Below, piece after piece: positions 47,160 through 60,811 of a stretch of 64,000 bases of DNA. The notes beneath the pieces are model-generated. The model had not been told where the DNA came from and searched no databases. It saw only the letters and a list, made by a program, of their open reading frames with translations. Position numbers and translations under genes: made by a program. The stretch lies in the NCBI GenBank assembly GCA_012295275.1, contig CM022666.1, positions 12,772,001 to 12,836,000 on the forward strand, written 5' to 3'. Source of the stretch: Chrysomallon squamiferum (lineage: Eukaryota > Animalia > Mollusca). The first letter of the stretch is position 1. Each line of letters opens with the position of its first letter.

Positions 47160-47750
47160 AAACGCCCTGGGACAAATTACAATGACGTAGACAACGCATA
47201 AAAACAGAGCTGTAACTGCATTGCATCAGAAAGTAATACTCGATTTCCCATTGTATTATTTAGTCGTCAGCCATGTTATTTACAATACTACAACTCTACA
47301 ACACCTCAACATCAGTAATAATAATGTGTTTTGATGTTACATAAATAGATATTCATTCCTATGATGTGCGCGTACTTCGGTGCACCTTGCTTACTCGTAG
47401 CTGTCAGTTAGATATATCTAGATAGCCTGTGAACAAGGAAGTCCTGTGCAGACAATAAAACTGCCAACCAAATCTAAGTCTTCACAAATGTTGACAAAAC
47501 ACTCGTAATCTTAAAACAATCCAAACTATCTATTTGCCAGGATCGATCCAGTTAAATATCGTGCGTCAACAGGTCCTAAATTAAAAATATAACATGGACA
47601 GAATTAACAGAAGAGCATCAGACATTACCGAGTTATTTTTAATGTATTTATTCTATAGATAATTTAAAGTCTACATATTATAGGGTTACCAAAAAAATAA
47701 GTAAGTACTTTTGGTTAATTTACGTCATTGTAATTTGTCCCAGGACGTTT
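47160..47750. repeat. 30-bp inverted repeat pair enclosing ~530 bp (MITE-like)
   Basis: AAACGCCCTGGGACAAATTACAATGACGTA (47160-47189) versus the reverse complement of 47721-47750, one mismatch; no TSD seen. Confidence 0.75.
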
Positions 47751-48257
47751 TACTTTGTTATTTATTTGCTAAAATCTATTTTAGCTACTGGGAATAAGTT
47801 AATGAGCTTTTTAATGCTAGCGAATACGCTTTGCTGATAATAATGTACAACAGTGAAATAATAAGATAGTGAACATCAACGAAGGTTGATATTTTCTCTT
47901 TAAATGACGGGACTGCGAAAACAGATAAAAACTGAATTTACCATTGCAAAATCTTTGCTTCCTGATTAAAAAATAGGAAATTAAAATATAATAAAAACAA
48001 ACAGTAATGTGTATTACAGTTGAGTAAAAACAGTAAAGTACTGTACATACAGTGAGATGTAGTATAACTGAGTGTAACAGTGGTGTCATCAGAATTATTA
48101 TTATAATTATCATAATATTCCCCGCTATCTTCCCAGGTTTTGTTGTCTAGTATTTCTTATTTTCCTACATAAATAGTAACGCCATTTATTGGTTGAAGGA
48201 AATCACCTCACGATTCTGGTGGTCTTATGTCAAGTTCTATATATAGCACGCGTTTTT

Positions 48258-50302
48258 CACGCAGTAAGATGTAGTGTAGTAGAGTATAAAACAGTGAAGT
48301 ACTACTATACAGGCAGTAAGATGTAGTTTAGTAGAGTATAAAACAGTGAAGTACTACTATACATGCAGTAAGATGTAGTGTAGTAGAGTGTAAAACAATG
48401 AAGTACTACTATACATGCAGTAAGATGCAGTGTAGTAGAGTGTAAAACAGTGAAGTACTAACCATACAGGCAGTAAGATGCAGTGAAGTAGAGTGTAAAA
48501 CAGTGAATTACTACCATACAGGCAGTAAGATGCAGTGTAGTAGAGTATAAAACAGTGAAGTACTAATATACACGCAGTAAGATGCAGTGAAGTAGAGTGT
48601 AAAACAGTGAAGTACTACCATACAGGCAGGAACTAGAGTGTAAAAGATGCAGTGTAGTAGAGAATAAAACAGTGAAGTACTAATATACACGCAGTAAGAT
48701 GCAGTGAAGTAGAGTGTAAAACAGTGAAGTACTAATATACACGCAGTAAGATGCAGTGAAGTAGAGTGTAAAACAGTGAAGTACTAATATACACGCAGTA
48801 AGATGCAGTGAAGTAGAGTATAAAACAGTGAAGTACTACTATACACGCAGTAAGATGCAGTGAAGTAGAGTATAAAACAGTGAAGTACTACTAAGTAAGA
48901 TGCAGTGTAGTAGAGTGTAAAACAGTGAAGTACTACCATGCAGTAAGATGCAGTGAAGTAGAGTGTAAAACAGTGAATTACTACCATACAGGCAGTAAGA
49001 TGCAGTGTAGTAGAGTATAAAACAGTGAAGTACTAATATACACGCAGTAAGATGCAGTGAAGTAGAGTATAAAACAGTGAAGTACTACTATACACGCAGT
49101 AAGATGCAGTGAAGTAGAGTGTAAAACAGTGAAGTACTAATATACACGCAGTAAGATGCAGTGTAGTAGAGTGTAAAACAGTGAAGTACTATTACTACCA
49201 TACAGGCAGTAAGATGCAGTGTAGTAGAGTGTAAAACAGTGAAGTACTACTATACACGCAGTAAGATGCAGTGAAGTAGAGTATAAAACAGTGAAGTACT
49301 ACTATACACGCAGTAAGTAAGGTGCAGTAAGAGTGAAGTGAACTAGACGCAGTAAAAACAGTGAATTACTACTACTACGCAGTAAGATGCAGTGAAGTAC
49401 TATACACGCAGCAGTGTAGTAGAGTATAAAACAGTGAAGTGCTAAAAACAGTGAAACTATACACGCAGTAAGATGCAGTGTAGTAGAGTATAAAACAGTA
49501 TACTATACACGCAGTAAGATGCAGTGAAGTACTATACACGCAGTAAGATGCAGTGTAGTAGAGTATAAAACAGTGAAGTGCTATACATGCTACTATATAC
49601 GCAGTAAGGTGTAGTGAAGTACTATACACGCAGTAAAACAGTGAAGTATAAAACAGTGAAGTGTAATACATACAGTGAAGTACTATACACGCAGTAAGAT
49701 GCAGTGTAGTAGAGTATAAAACAGTGAAGTGCTATACACGCAGTAAGATGCAGTGAAGTACTATACACGCAGTAAGATGCAGTGTAGTAGAGTATAAAAC
49801 AGTAAAGTACTATATACACAGTAACATGCAGTGAAGTACTATACACGCAGTAAGATGCAGTGAAGTACTATAAAACAGTCACTATACACGCAGTAAGATG
49901 CAGTGTAGTAAGATGCATAAAACAGTGAAGTATAAAACAGTGAACTATACACGCAGTAAGATGTGAAGTGTACGCAGTAAGATGCAGTGTGTAGTAGAGT
50001 ATAAAACAGTGAAGTACTTACTATAACGCAGTAAGATGTAGTGAAGTACTATACACGCAGTAAGATGTAGTGTAGTATATAGAAGCTATACACGCAGTAA
50101 GATGCAGTGAAGTACTATACACGCAGTAAGATGCAGTGTAGTAGAGTGTAAAACAGTAAAGTACTATATACACAGTAACATGCAGTGAAGTACTATACAC
50201 GCAGTAAGATGCAGTGTAGTAGAGTATAAAACAGTGAAGTACTTACTATACACGCAGTAAGATGTAGTGAAGTACTATACACGCAGTAAGATGTAGTGTA
50301 GT
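48258..50302. repeat. 52-bp minisatellite array (~2 kb) with shorter derived units distally
   Basis: Consensus CACGCAGTAAGATGCAGTGTAGTAGAGTATAAAACAGTGAAGTACTACTATA; first units start at 48258 and 48310. Confidence 0.97.
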
Positions 50303-51314
50303 TATGTAACAATCACACGTTTTTTACTAGTACATTATAAAACCCTGGCTATAATCTACACTGCTTACCGAATCTTAACAGATGAACATAAAGAACAGCT
50401 TAACATTATAACTTGGGAATTTCTAACCACGACAGCAGGAATCAAGCAGTAAAGAAATCTAAGCCGCTTGTCCCTCTAATGTGTGATTATTTAAAGTTGT
50501 GCTTTCGGTAACTGTGTAGTGATAGGATTCTTAGTTTTCTGTTCCATAGCAACGCATCCTATCTATGTCGGGTAAAGATACAGTATCGAGTTTCCTCTCT
50601 TTAGAGATAACGACTTCATTCGACATAAGAGTATCAGATTACGCTGGTCGAAATTTCAGTTAAATCAATCATGTCATAGAGCCCGAATAAATTCACAAAT
50701 ACGACACGGTGGTTCTGAAAGTATTGTATGTACCCGGACAAACACGTTTTTAGCCAGACAATGGACAGGAGTCCTGTTACTGTGCTTAATCAGGAAGAAT
50801 TTAGCTGTGTTTATAATCTGCCGGTTTGCAGCGCATTCTTCGGAAAGGTAAGATAAGCTAAAACATTTATAACGTCAACGTTATTTATAGACTTTGGCAA
50901 TAGCGATACCGACATTTTGCAAAAAGGTACGTCAGATTATTTATAAGAATCTTGACTTTATCGTTATATAATGCTTTCCTAAAGTGTTTTTTTATATATA
51001 TATATAAAATCCACGTTATATGGCAATTTTATTTCGTCATTTTGTAGAAGCATGACACAAGTGAAAGAGATTTTTTTTTTGCCTACAGTTCTAGAGAGAA
51101 AACTGAAAGTGAGAAGAGTTTTTAAATTAAATTAGTCCATTATTACTGCGTAGACAGCTATTTCGTTTGTGTAAGAGATAAGGTCATGCTAGGCAAAGGC
51201 TGTGTTGTTGTTGTTGTTGTGAGATTTTTGTCTTTTAATGTTTAATTTAATTTAATTTAATATTTTTTAAATTAACTAATGGTTTTTTTTCGTCTTTTTT
51301 ATTATTATTATTAT

Positions 51315-51349
<35 letters not shown>

Positions 51350-51435
51350 TTATTATTATTATTATTATTATTTTTTTTTTTTTTGATATTCTTGTAACAA
51401 TTACAAGAACAAATACAAATCTACCACTACTGCTG

Positions 51436-51499
<64 letters not shown>

Positions 51500-52012
51500 A
51501 GTGTGTGTGTATGTCTAAAAACGTGAAACTCGCTGATTTTGTGTTAATCCAGAGTTTTTATATAAAAGGAAATGCATTTAAACTGATTACACAGCTAGGA
51601 AAGATGGAAATGTGTTGTCGGGGATGTCATCATCATCATCATCATTATCATCATCGTAATCATCAGTCTTATTACCATCATTATCGTCACAATAATAATA
51701 ATAATAAGAATAATAAGAATAATAATAGTAATAGTAATAGTAATAATAATAGTAGTAGTAGTAGTAATTGTTGTTGTTTGTTGCTTCTATTTCTCTAGCT
51801 TATAGAAATTTACATATTAACAACGGTTTCTCACGACAGCTAAACATTTATCATTGTGAATAATTTGATATATGTCATAATTATGCACATTTTGTCATTT
51901 TGCGACATTGCTGTCACATTAAATTTTTTTTTGAACCCGCGTCAAAATATTACCTTTATTAGAAGTGGATTTAGGGGAGGGTGTGCAGTGTTTGCATGTG
52001 TGCGTCTGTGTG

Positions 52013-52099
<87 letters not shown>

Positions 52100-52389
52100 A
52101 TCTTCGAAAAACAACAACAATCGAAAAAACAAAAAAAAAAAAAAAAAAAACTTTTCTTCATCGGCACCAGAATTTTGCAACTGGTGTAAAGTGAGCGAGT
52201 GTAGAAGATAAGAAGAATAAACACGGAAATTTCCCATGATACGCAAATATATTTTAAAGTGTGCTCGTATCCCATTTATCAATTTCCCCTGTTACCATAA
52301 CGACGTAGCCAGCTGCTTGCCATGTGTCTGTTTCATTATTGCGCATTATGCATCCGTGTTCTTTCTGTTTGGAAACGATGTTAATTATT

Positions 52390-52594
52390 TTAACAGGGTA
52401 GGAGCTGAGCGCGGGAAAGGAGTGGCCTAGGACGTCTGCTGCACAGTTTCGTGTCGCGCGGAGTTAGGAAACAGACGCATGTTCGTCACTGAACACGTTT
52501 CTACGCGGATTTGTGATTCTGGGCGTCTGCTAAATTCGTTGTGGAGGTGGAAACTGTTGGTTACTTCTACAAGAAACGATTTTATTGTCTACAG
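52390..52594 (+). promoter_or_regulatory. Candidate promoter / non-coding first exon of the HtrL-like gene
   Basis: Locally GC/CpG-rich stretch ending in CAG|GTAAGA (GT at 52595). The first coding exon is preceded by an acceptor TTCTATTTCAG at 56606, implying an upstream exon. Confidence 0.4.
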
Positions 52595-53184
52595 GTAAGA
52601 AGTTTATTATACAACTCCATTAACTGTTATGCTGTGAGTAGACTGTTCTTCTGTCTGTCTCTTTGTGTTTTGTGTTTGTGTACCTGCCTGAATGTGTATC
52701 TAATAGCCCTGTATGTCTATCTCCCTCAGTGTTTTTTTTTTGTGTTCATTTTCTTTTTATATGTCCGTTTATAAGTCTTTCTTTTCCAAATTCCATGCAC
52801 CCATTCAACCGTTCATTCATCTGTCCATCCATCCATCCATCCATCCATCCATCCATCCATCCATCCATCCATCCAGTGTTTGTGTATTAATTTATATTCC
52901 ACTGAGCAGACGACGCTCTCTACCTAAAAAAAAAAAAAATCCTGGATTCGCCACTGTTTCTGTGTTCGGTTTTATAGTCGCCTGAGCAGTCGCCTTTTTC
53001 TCCCAGCCGCGAGTTCGCGCTCTTTTAATTAACTGCTGCTTGTCTAGCAATTTCATTTAACGAAATGTTCCTTTTTTTCTTCTTCTTTTTCTTCCAGTCA
53101 GTTGTTGTTTTTTCAATCATTAATCAGCTTACCGACTTCGGTCCCTAATATATACTCATTGATCAATGTTATTTTATATATATG

Positions 53185-53215
<31 letters not shown>

Positions 53216-54308
53216 TTTATATATATATATATATATGTGTGTGTGTTTATATATGTGTGTGTGTTTGTGTGTGTGTGTGTGTCTATATACATCCTTTTTT
53301 TCTTTTGTTTTTTTTTTTTTTTTTTTTTTTTTCCATTTTCACTCGGTAAACTCGAGCTTGTAATTTATTGGTTTTTTTTATTTTGCATTCTCACGGAAGC
53401 CTTTCTTGTTAACCAGTGAATGACGTAAGAGAAAAAACTGATAATGAAAGACATGCGCATAGTGTTTCTTGTTCTATACATCAATGTTTGCTAATAATAA
53501 AGTACGTCAAAAAAAAATTCTACGAGTTAATCCTGATTAATGAAATTTGTTGCCTTTCTCGTGTGTTCTTGACGTCATGGCGTACAGGGCGGACTTATCT
53601 GCGATGACGTCACAAACCTATTTGTAAAGGAATACAATGTAAAATATTTTGAAAAATGTAACTGGACTGCCATATTTTGATGTTAGCAGTGACAAGTGAC
53701 CTAACAGAATAAAATAACAATTATTAGATAATAACGTTATTATTATACATGTATAAAGTGACGTAATACCGGTAAAATAATGAAATTCGTTTGTTGTTGC
53801 AGGTCTTTAATACAAAGATCACTATCTGCATCTTTCATGTCTGTGCAGAACCAAATGTAATATGACGTCATCTAAAAATGGTGTTTAAGAAATCTTTTTA
53901 AGTGTTGGCATTTGATTCACGAGTGTCAGTTAAATAAATATAAAGAACAAATATTTGCTTAAACATGAAGTGGTAATATAAATCGATATAAATTTGTTTG
54001 CTGGAGGTAATGTCAACAGATACATTTTTTTTTTTATCTTATTTCCTTCATTTTTCATCTCTTTTGCACCCTGTAGCTTGTTCATCCAGTACTAAATTAC
54101 TGAGTTATTGTATTTTACTTTGGAATTTTGCATCATATTTTTTTTTTCAACATGAAATATTCATATTTGTAATTTGTATCTTCTCTATAACACCTTATAA
54201 CCTAAAATTATGTTTTTCTAAAACGATTATTCTGACATCATCATCATCATCATCATAGTCATCGTCATCTTCCTCGTTTGCGTCGTTGTTGTCATTGTTT
54301 TCACCATC

Positions 54309-54402
<94 letters not shown>

Positions 54403-56050
54403 TTTATCTTTTACCCTTTATTTTTTCAACCTCCATTATATCTTTGTTTTCGTTTTGACCTTGAAGCCAGATTGTATTAAAACATTTTTCATTGTGATTA
54501 TTTCGGCTATGATTTGTACAAAACATTTGTTCAGAGACGTAATTTCGTCTAATAGATACTCATATTTTGTACATGTTATTAAGCTTATGTCCTGTAATAT
54601 TCGGTGAATCCGATTTCACAATAGACATTAATTTGCTGACAGGATTTGGTTGCCTCCCTTGAGACAACAGTATCGCATTCTAATCTGTTCGTTTTTTCAT
54701 TTATTTAAATTATCAGATGTTGATTACAGACAGACGTGATTTATTAAACAAATTTATGTTAATATAACTGGCACCCATTCCGCACATCACATGCTTACAC
54801 ACAACAACTCACAGACACATATACACATATACACACACGTACATGCATTTGATACGTACACACGCATACACAAGACTGTCTTGGTAGTAGAGGTAGTTGT
54901 TGTCTTGATGGCCAAGCGATGACTTCGCCCGCCTTCGGAATGCAGGCAAATGGGTGCCTTACGTTCGATTCTTGTAAGCGGCAACTGACGGGTTTGTGAT
55001 GTCGTGATAGGACTTTGTCCTCCTGTGCAGTGGCTTCCTGAACATGACTATGTGCAGAGTCTAATCAGACGTACATAAGACAGAGAATATTCAAAATCAT
55101 ACACTACATCCGTACGTACATACATATACACATACATACATATATTCATAAAATAAATACATAAATTCATAAATACATACATACATACATACATACATAC
55201 ATACATACATACATACATACATACATACATACATACATACATACACACACACTTTCGTACACATACAAATATACATAAACACACTCACACCCAGGCGCGC
55301 GTAACAGAAAATGAGCAAAGAGGATTAGTATGTAACAAAGAGGTGCTCAGTGTGTGTCGTGACGGCTGGCTGTAGCCAAGGGGCAGGACACAATGAACGA
55401 CATGTGTTTTGAGATTAGCCATGCAGCAGCAGCTTAATGCGTGATTGGTTTCTCAGTTAAAACTAAACGTTGGCGGCCTTTCGTGTTTAGAGCAAAAACT
55501 GAAATAGTAAAGTTAGAGGTTAATGCACACTATCGTATTTCTTGCCTAGTGGAATCCTAAAGAATGTTGATTTATATACAGGTACCTAAAAAAAATCCTG
55601 AATATTACGATAAATATTACATTGTGTGCCTCATCAAATTTTAAAGGATATTGTGTTCTGTTTATTGTGCCTAGACAAATTTTTAGGAATATTGTGTTTT
55701 CTGTGTACTGTTCCTAGTCACATCTTAACGGATATAGTGTTGTATTTATACTGGTGGTTAGTTAAATTTAAACATTTTTATTTCAACTGACTCCAGGTGG
55801 CATGTCAGACCAGAAAAAAATAGGATGTTTTATGCTCTGGTGCCAAACCAGAATTAAATTGTTCTTCTCTTTCTAGTCAGAACTAAATATACATTATGCC
55901 TCAGTTTTTGCGCCTACTGAAATATGTAAACACTGTGTTTTGTATATATTTTGCTGTAATGAGCATTGTGTTAAATGTTTTTAATTTTTCTTCATATTGT
56001 TTTGTCCGTGTATTTTTGTTATGGTGTTTTCGTTTATTTATATTTCATCC

Positions 56051-56182
<132 letters not shown>

Positions 56183-56325
56183 AATTTTGTCTTTCATAAT
56201 GATACAGTCACTGAATGAACGAAAGAATGAATATATAATTGAATGACAAAATGTGAATTACTAATGTTGAATACAGCGTATCAAACATCATTCATTACTT
56301 ATGAACCAGTGTTTCTCAACATAAC

Positions 56326-56358
<33 letters not shown>

Positions 56359-56441
56359 TAAATGTGAATTGTAAATGTTGACTACAGAGTATCAAACATC
56401 ATTCATTATTTCTGAACATAATAATACTAATAACAATAATG

Positions 56442-56539
<98 letters not shown>

Positions 56540-56625
56540 AATAACAACAATAATAGAAACAACAACAATATCATCATTATCTATAATAAACAAGATTCTA
56601 TTTCAGATCTGAGTCGGAATGAGAG

Positions 56626-58125
56626 ATGAATATCAGAAATCAAATCAAGAGATTCTGGAAACAAATCACAGTCATCATACTCATCTACACCCTTCTGCAC
56701 GTCCTAGTACTGGTAAGAACATCTCAAGTTTTTCATATTTGTATTCATCTACACCCTTCTGCACGTCCTAGTACTGGTAAGAACATCTTAAGTTTTTCAT
56801 ATTTGTATTCATGTAAACGCATTTTAATTTTGTAATGAAACAATATCTACACCCTTCTGCACGTCCTAGTACTGGTAAGAACATCTCAAGTTTTACATTT
56901 ACATCGAATCTCTTTCTGTCTTTGTGTACGTACGGTTGTATATTTGTACGTTCTGTGTTTACATATTTGTATTATGTATTCTTATGTATATATATATATA
57001 TATATATATGTTTGCATTTATATATGTATGTATGTACGTGTGTTCGAATGAATGCATGCATGTATGTCTGTACATACATATGTATTATACATGTACGTAG
57101 GTGTGTACGTATGTGTGTGAATGTATGTGTGTGTGTGTGTTGAGTGGGTGTGGAGTGGGTGTCTGAAAGTTGTCTGTCTGTCTGTGTCTGTATCAGACAG
57201 TGGGTGTATGACTGTGGATGTGCATTACGTCAAGTGACAGGTCTACTTTCAGAGTCCTGTGTGCATGCTGGGAGTCGTGCCGCTGTCGTACTACCCGCAA
57301 TACGACGGAGCTGAGCAAAACCCCGACCTGACAATCGTCACAGCGTACTTCAACCTCGGCAGATTCCGTAAAGGAGACAAAGGAAATTACTTCGGACCCG
57401 GGCTGTACAAGACGTGGGCCTCGGCGTACCAGTACATGCACAACCCTGTCGTTCTGTACACGGACAGCGACGACTTCGCCGACATGTTCTCGACTATTCG
57501 ATCAGAGACGGCAAACATGACTACAGTGATAAAAGTGAAAAGAAACGATCTGTGGGCTTTCAAGTGGTTACCCAGAATACGAGAAATCTATTCCGATCCC
57601 GGCTATCCGAAGTTTTACCCCAACACTGTTATCCCTGAGTACGCGTGTGTGCAGCATGCCAAATACGCATGCGTAGAAGACGCCATTTTGAAGAAACATG
57701 TGACCACAAAATACGTCATGTGGCTGGATATAGGATACTTCCGGTTAATCGTAGAACGGAAACGCCGCTTCCGAATGACTTTACCGCCTGGTTTTGACGC
57801 ACAGAAGATAGCAATTAATCAAATACACTCTAAAAGTTTAACAGAAACGCCCAAAGAGATTTTCTACAATAACGACCTTTGGGTAGGAGGAGGGCTGGTG
57901 CTAGGGGAGGCAACTCTTTTTCTGAAGTTCATAAAGACGTACCGACTGGCCGTTGAGAGATACCTCGACATGTCACTCAGCAGCACAGATCAGCAGGTGT
58001 TGTTCGCAATGTACACAAAACACGAAATGGAAGTGTTACATCCCGTCCAGCTTCAGCTCTACGTGTGGAATATATTCGGCAGTTGTTGGTATTACTTAGG
58101 ATACCAGTGCTATAAGGAGTTATGA
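56626..58125 (+). CDS. HtrL/YibB (WlaTC/HtrL)-like putative glycosyltransferase, type II membrane protein; model join(56626..56712, 57241..58125), 323 aa
   Basis: ORF 57259-58125 carries LTIVTAYFNLG, PEYACVQHAK, WLDIGYFR, VGGGLVLG and TDQQVL, motifs typical of the HtrL_YibB family. The upstream exon encodes a basic N-terminus plus hydrophobic anchor (MNIRNQIKRFWKQITVIILIYTLLHVLVL|GTAAGA). It splices in phase 0 to ACAG|GTC at 57240/57241, completing the TM as ...LVLVYFQSP. Acceptor 57252 is an in-frame alternative. Confidence 0.85.
56683..56894 (+). repeat. Triplicated exon end plus 5' splice site
   Basis: ATCTACACCCTTCTGCACGTCCTAGTACTG|GTAAGAACATCT(C/T)AAGTTTT occurs three times, with donors after 56712, 56776 and 56874. 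Confidence 0.95.
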
Positions 58126-58425
58126 TTTTCGCCAGTATTTAGCTTTCTTCGCGTAAATTAGATCAAACACAATTCGTGCAAAACGGTTCGAGAGTGGAAA
58201 ACGAAAGTGAAAGTAGCAGTATTATATATTTAAAAAGTTTTATTTATTCATTCATTCATTCATTCATTCATTTAAATAAGAAACAAAATCACTGGTATTG
58301 TATTTATTACCCAAATGAATTTTATTTATTTTTTAATGACACTTGCATAAAGCTATCTGCATTTTGGGTCACACAATTACTTACTTACTTACTTACTTAT
58401 TTACTTACTTAGTTGGTTTTTTTAT

Positions 58426-58457
<32 letters not shown>

Positions 58458-59198
58458 TTTTTTTGCACCGTCCCTTTCTTTAACATCAATAGAGTAATGT
58501 GCCTTTAAAAGCTTCTGTTTTATCGTGATACCGAAGGCGTTGTTTTCATCATTGTCGTTATTGTTCCTGCGTTGAACTCTATGCAATAATTCATAACGTT
58601 TCATTGCAGTTTTATAATTATTTAAAACGACAATTAATTTTTATTGTGAACTGAATAGAAAATGGAGGATGCGTAGATTCCTGTGTGTGGTCAGTGTGTG
58701 ATGTTTTAATGACGTAATGAGAAATGACTTTTGTTATAACTTGTTTTTTTACTCATTCGGTGAAACTATTTCATGTCCACAATTTTTTTTTTATTTTTTT
58801 TTTTTTTCACTAAGTTTAATTTTAATAGTAACCATTTTTACACATGGATGACGTCAGATTTTTCAGAGGAGTTTTCGTGAGAAATATTCCCGAATGGTTC
58901 CCTTTAATGTCATTTAATTATTCATTTTAGATTTTCTGATTAAAAATACTATTTCTTCAGAATAAACGATATCTTTAAACATTCCGTCAGAATGTAACAC
59001 TTTTAAAATTAAAACATTCCATCGTTAATCAACATTCCAATACAAGTGTGATATATCTGTTTTTATATGTAAACAATCACATACGCACACAAACATATCC
59101 ATAATCACATATACACGCATAAACATACACAAACATACGACACACACCAAGCATGCATGCATACACATACATACATACATGCACACATATGCAGATAT

Positions 59199-59248
<50 letters not shown>

Positions 59249-59640
59249 ACATATGAGACATACAATAATATTCACTTGTTTTTATTATTTTTCTATTAAT
59301 ATTTTCTTTATGATCGTTCATAATCTTTTGCATTTATGTGTCTGTGTTTTTAAAAACAATTAAAATCTAAATAAAAGAAAATATTTTTCTATGTCGGCTT
59401 TTGTTTATTATTATTGTATTTATCATCGTCACCATCATTTGAACAGGGTTTGTGGTAGATGAGGTATAACTGCAAACACAACAAATAATCGTGTTTTCGA
59501 TTAATCGGAACGGGGTAGGACAGAGGTTTGAGAGGAGTCACAGTTATATATTTCATATCGAAATATCGAGATATCTTGATAACAAAACATGGGGTAGAAA
59601 CATGTATCAGTTAGAAGAATACCTACACTCTGAAGCATTC

Positions 59641-59706
<66 letters not shown>

Positions 59707-59708
<2 letters not shown>

Positions 59709-59763
59709 AGTGTGTGTGTGTGTCTAAAAACGTGAAACTCGCTGATTTTGTGTTAATCCAGAG

Positions 59764-59821
<58 letters not shown>

Positions 59822-59876
59822 AGTGTGTGTGTATGTCTAAAAACGTGAAACTCGCTGATTTTGTGTTAATCCAGAG

Positions 59877-59928
<52 letters not shown>

Positions 59929-59966
59929 AGTGTGTGTTTGAAACTTGATTTTGTGTTAATCCAGAG

Positions 59967-59971
<5 letters not shown>
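59707..59971 (+). repeat. Three copies of a ~61-bp unit separated by (ATT)n; a further copy at 51498-51559
   Basis: AAAGTGTGTGTGTATGTCTAAAAACGTGAAACTCGCTGATTTTGTGTTAATCCAGAGTTTTT at ~59707, ~59820 and, internally deleted, ~59926. Confidence 0.92.
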
Positions 59972-60028
<57 letters not shown>

Positions 60029-60696
60029 TTATATTTATTTCTTTCCTTTTTTTTTTTTTTTTTCTGTTTTCTGTTTAGTGTACATATGTTTATTTGTAAT
60101 TATTTATTAATAATTAATTAATTCATTCATTCATTCATTCATTCATTCTTGTTTAGTGTGATATATGAGGAAAAACAGAGCCAAGTACAGGATATTTTAT
60201 ATTCACCTTCACTGACGAAACTGACAAAGAGCCATGAAGCATTAACACGAAGGGTAAACCATTGAATGTACGCACTAAAACGGAACATTCTTGCTATCCA
60301 ACGAGTTTCAGGACAGAACTAATCTACACATTAGCTATATCCTACTTTAACCATTTCTTTTTTCTTTCTTTTAAAAATAAAATCCAAATTCATCGAAATT
60401 CCAGTACGATCTACTTCAAACCCCCTAAGCAAAAGTAAACATGAAGAAAATTGTGTTTATTTTAAGCGAACTGAAACAGTCGATGACTAAGAATGAGCAG
60501 TTGAAAAAAAAGAAAGAACTTTGTAACGAACAAAAGAAAATCATAAGCTGCTTAGAGAAAGTCGATGTACACACAGTCATTATATTTATTTTCTCTGGGT
60601 ATAATTAGTATTAACAATTATCTCGCTGAAATTATCGCAATTTGTAACGATTTTTAAACGAGAGAGTGAGTAAGATAAACAGAAGAGAGAGAGAGG

Positions 60697-60811
<115 letters not shown>

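Noticed and set aside
57197-57240. In-frame TGA (57235-57237) upstream of the HtrL-like ORF, suggesting selenocysteine/readthrough or a nonsense allele
   Set aside because: The phase-0 anchor exon splices naturally to the AG at 57240, just after the TGA, giving a continuous TM helix. No SECIS was recognised, so the TGA is most simply intronic.
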